From the sequence record LR746311: a DNA stretch of 64,000 nucleotides; one strand, given 5' to 3'. Shown piece after piece: positions 57,459 to 64,000 of this stretch. Position 1 is the stretch's first letter; each line of letters begins with the position of its first letter. Under the pieces are notes generated by a model that did not search any database, had not been told where the DNA came from, and worked only from the letters and a program-made list of their open reading frames with translations. A program made the translations under genes and the position numbers. Origin of the DNA: Shigella phage vB_SsoM_113.

Positions 57459-57466
57459 TATTTATA
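57459..57466 (-). promoter_or_regulatory. late promoter TATAAATA for gene 9
   Basis: Reverse complement of TATTTATA; 25 nt upstream of gene 9 ATG. Confidence 0.65.
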
Positions 57467-57475
57467 AAGAAAAAA

Positions 57476-57493
57476 GGGAGCCTATGGGCTCCC
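57476..57493 (-). terminator. rho-independent terminator after gene 8
   Basis: GGGAGCC-CAUA-GGCUCCC on - strand followed by UUUUUUC. Confidence 0.7.
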
Positions 57494-57498
57494 TTAAT

Positions 57499-58503
57499 TT
57501 AAAATGTAAACAGAATATTGATTTCTTCTGTTTGATCCATTGCCATGATAATAGGTGGCCTATTTTCCATATAAATCATTTCGCCCGAATGCCTCATTAA
57601 ATCTTCCGGATCATAATAATCCTTTTCAGCTTTAACGTTTGGGTCATTTGGATGAACTTTAGCTTCAAGAGGATTGGTGATTATTGATATTTGTCTAAAT
57701 CCTTTATTTCCCGGTAATGCAGCATCAGGAAAGTAAACTGAATCTAAATATGCTTTAAAACGTATAGTGTTTGCCTTAACGCGATAAATTAATCCAAAAT
57801 CATCTTGTTGCCAAGTGAGATTATCTTCATACCCCCATCTAGTTGGGTCTTCTTTTAATTCCTCAGGCCAAGGAACTACGATATATTCATTTGTGCATCT
57901 ATTTATAGATACATCAGGCGGAATCTCAAAAAGATATTCCCAAACATATCCGTCTCCAGGTTCGATTGTTCCTTCCGCGTCTCCTCGACCTTCAGGAGGA
58001 GTCATTGACCTAACAGAAGGAGTCCATTTTCCACCTAACTTAATACATTCATCCTTGTCAGTCAAAGATGTTATTGAGCATGTTCCTGTGTCAGGAACAT
58101 CTAAACAACGATATACTAGCCAGCCTGCGCCTGATTCAGTAGCATTGTAAGGAGCTGAGTTACACACTACAATATCGTTAATTCTAAATGTGTATGGATC
58201 CGGATATCTAGTATCTCCCCAATCTCTACGAGGAATAACCGCATCAAGCATAGATGGAAGAACCTTTACGGTTCCCATCATATGAGTCCACATGTCAGTT
58301 ACACCCAATACAGAATCAGTTGGATAAGGTGGAGCAAAGCCCACCTCATTTTCATTTGATGACCACGGTTCTGATCTTCCAAATGTGATAAAGATAGTGT
58401 TTTTATCCGGACCACTCCCAATTGAATTATAAAAATTCAACATTTTTTCTGTTCTAAATTTTGAAGTAACTATCGCACGATAGATAACACTTGAATCATT
58501 CAT
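57499..58503 (-). CDS. 8: baseplate wedge protein
   Basis: 334 aa; terminator downstream. Confidence 0.9.
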   Translation of the reverse strand: MNDSSVIYRAIVTSKFRTEKMLNFYNSIGSGPDKNTIFITFGRSEPWSSNENEVGFAPPYPTDSVLGVTDMWTHMMGTVKVLPSMLDAVIPRRDWGDTRYPDPYTFRINDIVVCNSAPYNATESGAGWLVYRCLDVPDTGTCSITSLTDKDECIKLGGKWTPSVRSMTPPEGRGDAEGTIEPGDGYVWEYLFEIPPDVSINRCTNEYIVVPWPEELKEDPTRWGYEDNLTWQQDDFGLIYRVKANTIRFKAYLDSVYFPDAALPGNKGFRQISIITNPLEAKVHPNDPNVKAEKDYYDPEDLMRHSGEMIYMENRPPIIMAMDQTEEINILFTF

Positions 58504-61500
58504 CTATTTTAACCTGTGTTGGATTTTCAGGGTCTCTTGGATTTCCTATATTATCTTTTAGACGTTTATTAACTAAATCCCTAAACTGTGCAAATGTTGT
58601 TCCAGATGCGTCAAATAGAGGACTCATTAACTTGCGTCGTTCAGAAGGCAATTGACCTTGAAATATTGAATTATTATTTTCAGCATTATAGTCATCAGGA
58701 AGAGGATATTTTACACCAGCCATTGGGCCAGGTTCATAAATTGCTTCTCCTGTTACTGAATCATGTTCAATTTCGCCAGTTGGAGTTAATTTAGCTACTC
58801 TATCAGCATATTCAGTAGGCAATCCAGAATCCCATTTGTAGTTTTTGTATTTATTAATTATAGTCTCTGTGTGTTTAAGAGTTAAACCAACATTAATAAA
58901 CATCGTTAAAAGGGTAATTGCTATAAATCCAAATCCTACTGGATGAACAAAACGAATAACGTCAGATTTCCAGCGAGAAGAAGGTAAATTGGATTTAATT
59001 TTCATTACATAATATGATCGGCTTCTATTAATATAGTCTATATTATTTTGAAGCAAATCCTTTCCTTTAACACCACGAATAATTTCGCCTTCAAAACTCG
59101 GAAGTCTTTCTGCTTTAACTTCTTGACCAGCAATTAATCTTCCCAAAAGATTATGAATAGTTACGGTCCATTGCAATTTACCATCAGAATAACTTCTTTC
59201 TATATAAGTAACATTACATCTTCCTGTAGCTGTATAAATCGTTTGTCCTACCAAATCTTCAGTTAAAGAATCAGATTGAACGATTATATCGTATTCAGTA
59301 CCAGCACCAGATTCAATTTCAATTTCAACTTCTTCATTATAAAGAACTTTAAAAAGAAATTTATATGATGCTTCAATTCCTTTAGTAGAATAAAAATCAT
59401 AGCTACGTGATTCAAAAAATCTTGCAACAGCATCACGTTTGTCAGCATTTAAATAAATGTTTCTTTTATATATCTCTGACCACAAATATTCCCATGCATG
59501 CTCTTCTCGTGGATATTTGTTACGAATTAAATTTCGTAAATTGTTATACTGAGTTCCATATCCATCAGAAAGATATTGAATATATGCTTCGCAAAATGCC
59601 TCAAAATTCGAATCTTGCAGTAAATAAGAATCAGGCATCATTGTGCCAATCAATGGTCTTAAATCAGGGTCAGCTAATCCATGCTCTTCTTCTGGTGACC
59701 AAGGAGTTTCATGCTCTTGGTTTTGTAAAAATGCTTTTAAAAATATTCCAGTTGGCTTCCAAATTATTTCAACCGTGTCTCTCACTCGATAGTTAAAATC
59801 ATAATAAGAAATTATTTCACCAGAGGATTTATAAAAAAGCATCCCAGACGCATATTTTTTAAATCCCGTGAATTTAACGTTTGGCATTACTATAGTGCAA
59901 TCGCCGTCATCCCAGTATTCATGAACTAATCTATCTGGCGATGTTTCTGGAAAATTTTCAATAACTTTAGTATATTTTAAATCTGCATAAACTACCACAG
60001 CCCTATTAGAGTTGTTTATCCAGCACCGTGTATTAGACTTTTTAGACCAGTTAAAGAATGGTTCTGCATAGTATTTCATCGGCTGAGGCGTAAAAGTTTC
60101 CCAATCAGACTTTTCATCTGCTATAAATGCCATCATATGATAATGCTTATCAGCTAACCATTCACGAGGAAATTCATATTTAACGGCACCGATTAACTGA
60201 TATTTTGCTACAGTTTCAGGGTCATTAACAATATTATCACTTAAAAATTTAAAATTACTCGAAGATAGAGAAACTAATTTACCATCAGTTGACATATTCG
60301 CATACCCAGGTTGAATACGTCTTCTTTCTTCTTCAGTGTTGCCAAAAACTCTTTTCCACGTTTTTGTGTCATGATTTAAAACATATATTCCTTTATCAGC
60401 AGAATCAATTATTTTTGACGTTCTAGGATTAGCATTTAATGTTTCAACTTCACCGATAATAAGAGCAAAAACTTTATCACCAATAGAATCCATTTTATAG
60501 CATACTGCTTTAGGATTTCCAGTTATAGTCATTGTATCAGGTTCAAATAGCCTTTCTGAATATGTTGGAGATAATGGATCAGAATCTATAGGTGCATTGC
60601 TCGTTTTTATGTATCTAACTTTGTCTCTGGCGACAACGTAAATGTAATCATCGGTGCAAGTAATAGCTTCAGCTATACGATACACATTTGCAGGTAATGT
60701 AGCATAAGTACCAAAGATTTCAACATCAAATCCCAAATGAAGTTGATCACCAAGTTTAGCGAATGTTATGTCCTGCGAACTAAATCTGACATCATCAGCT
60801 GACCATCTAACATCAGTAGATTTGCGGCCATAGAAAATCTTGTCGTATCCTAGAACATATGTTGTGCTCGCAGATTGGTAATATACAGTCTTAGATAAAG
60901 GATATCCTACACGATCATTGAAGAGCTTTACAGCTTTCCAGGTTTGACCTTTATCATTGGATACTTTAACTACAGGTTGATAACGCTCAAAAAGATATAG
61001 AATCCCTTCTGATTCCATCAAATAAACTCGATTAATATCCTTACATACTTGCTGAATAGAACCTTGTATTTCATGATACTCATTTTCACCAATAATAAAA
61101 TTACTTATTGATGAAACATCAGCATATGATGGGCTGAATTGGAATGATTCATTCATCAATGCAGCCATTATAGTGTCATTATTAAAATTAACATAGTCAG
61201 AATTATTAAGAGTAAATTTTTCCTGAATGAATTTATTAGCTAATTGCATTTCAATCATGTTTTGAAATGTATAAGCGTTTGTAGCAAAAGTTTCAAACTC
61301 TTCGGTATAAATCCAATCAGACTGCTCAAAATCCTGTGCAGCTGTAGCTACTCTAATAATGTACGATGTCAATGGATTAGCATTATCAAAAAAGAAGCTG
61401 TTATTTGCAGTATATCCTAAGTTAATCCATTGGTATTGATTGCTCGGGAGATTTCCCCCCGAGTTTGTTTTTGTCTCAGCGATTTCTACAAAATAGTAGA

Positions 61501-61594
61501 AATTAGCACCAACGTCATCCCAGCGTACTTGCACCTGATTTGCGGATAACTTGGAAATTCTGAGACTAGTGACTGAAGGTGCTTTTACTGTCAT
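58496..61594 (-). CDS. 7: baseplate wedge protein
   Basis: 1032 aa. Confidence 0.95.
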   Translation of the reverse strand: MTVKAPSVTSLRISKLSANQVQVRWDDVGANFYYFVEIAETKTNSGGNLPSNQYQWINLGYTANNSFFFDNANPLTSYIIRVATAAQDFEQSDWIYTEEFETFATNAYTFQNMIEMQLANKFIQEKFTLNNSDYVNFNNDTIMAALMNESFQFSPSYADVSSISNFIIGENEYHEIQGSIQQVCKDINRVYLMESEGILYLFERYQPVVKVSNDKGQTWKAVKLFNDRVGYPLSKTVYYQSASTTYVLGYDKIFYGRKSTDVRWSADDVRFSSQDITFAKLGDQLHLGFDVEIFGTYATLPANVYRIAEAITCTDDYIYVVARDKVRYIKTSNAPIDSDPLSPTYSERLFEPDTMTITGNPKAVCYKMDSIGDKVFALIIGEVETLNANPRTSKIIDSADKGIYVLNHDTKTWKRVFGNTEEERRRIQPGYANMSTDGKLVSLSSSNFKFLSDNIVNDPETVAKYQLIGAVKYEFPREWLADKHYHMMAFIADEKSDWETFTPQPMKYYAEPFFNWSKKSNTRCWINNSNRAVVVYADLKYTKVIENFPETSPDRLVHEYWDDGDCTIVMPNVKFTGFKKYASGMLFYKSSGEIISYYDFNYRVRDTVEIIWKPTGIFLKAFLQNQEHETPWSPEEEHGLADPDLRPLIGTMMPDSYLLQDSNFEAFCEAYIQYLSDGYGTQYNNLRNLIRNKYPREEHAWEYLWSEIYKRNIYLNADKRDAVARFFESRSYDFYSTKGIEASYKFLFKVLYNEEVEIEIESGAGTEYDIIVQSDSLTEDLVGQTIYTATGRCNVTYIERSYSDGKLQWTVTIHNLLGRLIAGQEVKAERLPSFEGEIIRGVKGKDLLQNNIDYINRSRSYYVMKIKSNLPSSRWKSDVIRFVHPVGFGFIAITLLTMFINVGLTLKHTETIINKYKNYKWDSGLPTEYADRVAKLTPTGEIEHDSVTGEAIYEPGPMAGVKYPLPDDYNAENNNSIFQGQLPSERRKLMSPLFDASGTTFAQFRDLVNKRLKDNIGNPRDPENPTQVKIDE

Positions 61595-63573
61595 TGTGAT
61601 ATAGGCTCCAAATCGATAGTTAAGTATTGTGGACGTAAGTCATTTTCAAATACAATCAGTGAACCATCGCGAGTAAAGATAACATCATCGGTTGGGTCAG
61701 AATATAATTCAATAGTCTGAACTTCAAATTTTTCAGATGTTAAATTAATTTTAGCGATATTCCAATAAATCACATCAGCTGGATAATTTATTTCACCGAT
61801 AACATAGTATTTGTCGCGTCCACTAGAATTTGCTAATTTATTAAAATCGTTGCCTGTATATGGACGAATGTTTTTATTTTCTGTAACATCGCCAGAAGCA
61901 AATGGACCAATAATAACTTTACCAATTCCTTTAGAATTTCGGTCTGTTGATACTATGCGAACGTCATATAATACATCTTCTTCTAAACCAGTATCAGGAT
62001 TTACAACCTTTCGTCCAGAATTAAATGAAAACGTATTAGATTCCATAGAACGATCTTTTATTTGATTATTGTATTTAATACCTGCTTCAGGCGTTTTATA
62101 GAAGTTTTGTACTTCACGAACAATTTGAATTGTCGCTGATGAGCCAATGATAGAATGATCTGCATCATCTACATATGTCAACATCTTAGATTTAGCGAAA
62201 GACGAGTTAAAAATTTCTACGTCTTCGGTATAATAACGATCAATTTTATCAATTATTTGACCTTCAAGCCACTGTTCAGATTCTTGCAGCTTGTTTAAAG
62301 CATATGTGACTTTTAAATTAGTCTTAATAAAAAGGTAATTAGGAGAAATAATTGATGGGGTAATAGGAGCTAAATTATAGTCTTTGAGATAATTTTTAAT
62401 ATCTTCACGCTGTACAGTAGTTAAATACAGACCTGATTTAGGTTTAGCAGCAATAAATGCATAACCGGGTTTTGTAGAATCAGTGAACGTCTGAACTGCT
62501 TGAATAATAGAACCAAATCTCTCTGAAACGAATGTATCATAATCAGTCGCAGTTACGCAGCGTTGTTGGGTTTCGCGTTTAATAGTACCCAATTCGCGAA
62601 TACGCTCAATATCTTCTGGGTCACCGCCGCCGTCTGCTCCAACAAAATCTGGGTCGTCGTTTGGATTTTCATTAATATTGATGACAGTTATATTTGTTAA
62701 TGTATCTGCATATGAAAATCCGACTGCGCCGTTCGCATCTGCACCGTTAGTACTGATGTATTCAATAACAATCGTAGAGTTCTGAGTAGGTTTAAGACCT
62801 CCAATATAATTAGCGGTCAATGCTCCTTCTGCCGCATTAACAGAAATCTCACCTTCACCAAAATAAAACTCGGTATTTCCATCAATAGTTTCACGCATGT
62901 AGTAAATTGTTGATGTAGAACCAGCATGAACCATTGACTTTCTTGTCCAGTTAATCCATTCTGCTCCATCAACGTATAGTTTAACTTGGTTTCTATCTAT
63001 ATTTTTGTCATAAATGATAATAGGTGTTAATTTATCATAAATGATTTCAGTTCTTACTATACGTCCCTGGGCTAATTTTAAACGTGGAAAATACTGGTTA
63101 TTTTTATCGCGAATAGCAATAACATCTTCAGTAGATACAAAGTTATAAGGATTAACGGAAGTATCTTTTGCATATGCTAAAAAGCGAGTACCACGAGGAA
63201 TAGTAATATAATTTCTATTCAATGCGTCTGTACAAGTTAGCATAATTTCAGTTTGAGCAGCTGATTTTGAAGTAGGTAAATATCCATTATCTTGTGCAGC
63301 TTGAACTACTGAACTACGCAAATTAGCAGTACGCATAAAGCTTTCATACAAGGCAGCATTACCAAACTGCTGAATGTACAATGTATTATAAGCCAAAAGG
63401 TCACACAGAACGTTTAATCTTGAGCCTTCAAAATCATAATCCAAAAATTCATTTTGGCCATTAAGCCATTCAATGAGGTTTTGTTTTATTTCAGCAAATG
63501 TACCCCCGACGAATATCTCGGGAATAGCATTTGCTGTTCTTGTTAATTGATAATTTACAGGGGTCTTTGCCAT
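61591..63573 (-). CDS. 6: baseplate wedge protein
   Basis: 660 aa. Confidence 0.95.
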   Translation of the reverse strand: MAKTPVNYQLTRTANAIPEIFVGGTFAEIKQNLIEWLNGQNEFLDYDFEGSRLNVLCDLLAYNTLYIQQFGNAALYESFMRTANLRSSVVQAAQDNGYLPTSKSAAQTEIMLTCTDALNRNYITIPRGTRFLAYAKDTSVNPYNFVSTEDVIAIRDKNNQYFPRLKLAQGRIVRTEIIYDKLTPIIIYDKNIDRNQVKLYVDGAEWINWTRKSMVHAGSTSTIYYMRETIDGNTEFYFGEGEISVNAAEGALTANYIGGLKPTQNSTIVIEYISTNGADANGAVGFSYADTLTNITVININENPNDDPDFVGADGGGDPEDIERIRELGTIKRETQQRCVTATDYDTFVSERFGSIIQAVQTFTDSTKPGYAFIAAKPKSGLYLTTVQREDIKNYLKDYNLAPITPSIISPNYLFIKTNLKVTYALNKLQESEQWLEGQIIDKIDRYYTEDVEIFNSSFAKSKMLTYVDDADHSIIGSSATIQIVREVQNFYKTPEAGIKYNNQIKDRSMESNTFSFNSGRKVVNPDTGLEEDVLYDVRIVSTDRNSKGIGKVIIGPFASGDVTENKNIRPYTGNDFNKLANSSGRDKYYVIGEINYPADVIYWNIAKINLTSEKFEVQTIELYSDPTDDVIFTRDGSLIVFENDLRPQYLTIDLEPISQ

Positions 63574-63581
63574 TTTAAATC

Positions 63582-63875
63582 CTATTTAATGAATACTTTA
63601 GATGATGCCTGAGCCACAGTATCACCGCATGATATTGGATCAGCCATTTGAACAGCTTTCTTTCCAGTGACATATACTTTAGAAGTTCTAGGTTGTGTCA
63701 CTCCGCCATGTGTTTCATATGGCTTTTTAATTTCTGTATGTTCTGTAATTGGATCACCTGCCACGAGAACAGCAATTCCTCCAGTGAATACTTTACTTTG
63801 TGTAGCATTCACAACTGTTGGAGGCCACGCTTCATGACCAGCAGTAACACACTTATCATAGCTTAATCCTGACAT
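63582..63875 (-). CDS. 5.4: PAAR-repeat spike-tip protein
   Basis: 97 aa. Confidence 0.85.
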
Positions 63876-64000
63876 TTATTGCCTCTCATACACGTAGCTT
63901 CTCAATTTATTAGCCCAACGACTCCAATTTCCAACTATAGTTTTTGTGTAATTTTTAACAAGAGTTTTTCTTATTGGAGCTGGAGGATCAGTTGGTTCAG
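63876..64000 (-). CDS. 3' end of upstream ORF (5.3-like position), partial
   Basis: Open frame on - strand from window edge to TAA at 63878-63876, directly abutting 5.4 ATG. Confidence 0.4.

Overview
This 64 kb window is a contiguous segment of a T4-like (T-even, Tequatrovirus-type) myophage genome, in reverse-complement orientation relative to the conventional T4 map. All gene names below come from my recollection of T4 proteins and gene order, not from a database search. The left 21.6 kb is a + strand early/middle block: td (3' end), nrdA, nrdB, denA, rnlA, alc, pseT, cd, gene 31, rIII, a run of small ORFs, DNA ligase (30) and two tandem alt-family ADP-ribosyltransferase genes. The remainder is mostly - strand late morphogenesis genes: baseplate hub 54-48-29-28-27-51, divergent 26-25, uvsY/uvsW, inh-hoc, rnlB, head genes 24-23-22-21-68-67-20, tail 19-18, terminase 17-16, neck 15-14-13, wac, 12, wedge 11-6 and 5.4. 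Promoter classes are readable: GTTTAC-type early, MotA-box middle and TATAAATA late. It is not T4 itself: nrdB is uninterrupted, the nrdA/nrdB, 23/24 and inh/uvsW junctions are short and ORF-free, and two HNH endonuclease ORFs sit at other junctions (uvsW|uvsW.1 and 18|19). The most unusual items are a 396-bp GC-enriched, hairpin-dense non-coding gap after rIII, a duplicated 54-bp promoter/hairpin cassette that buries the ribosome-binding site of the next gene, the tandem alt paralogues, and the two HNH insertions. No CRISPR array and no convincing tRNA were seen. I did not find a clearly new multi-gene system; the candidates are listed as findings.
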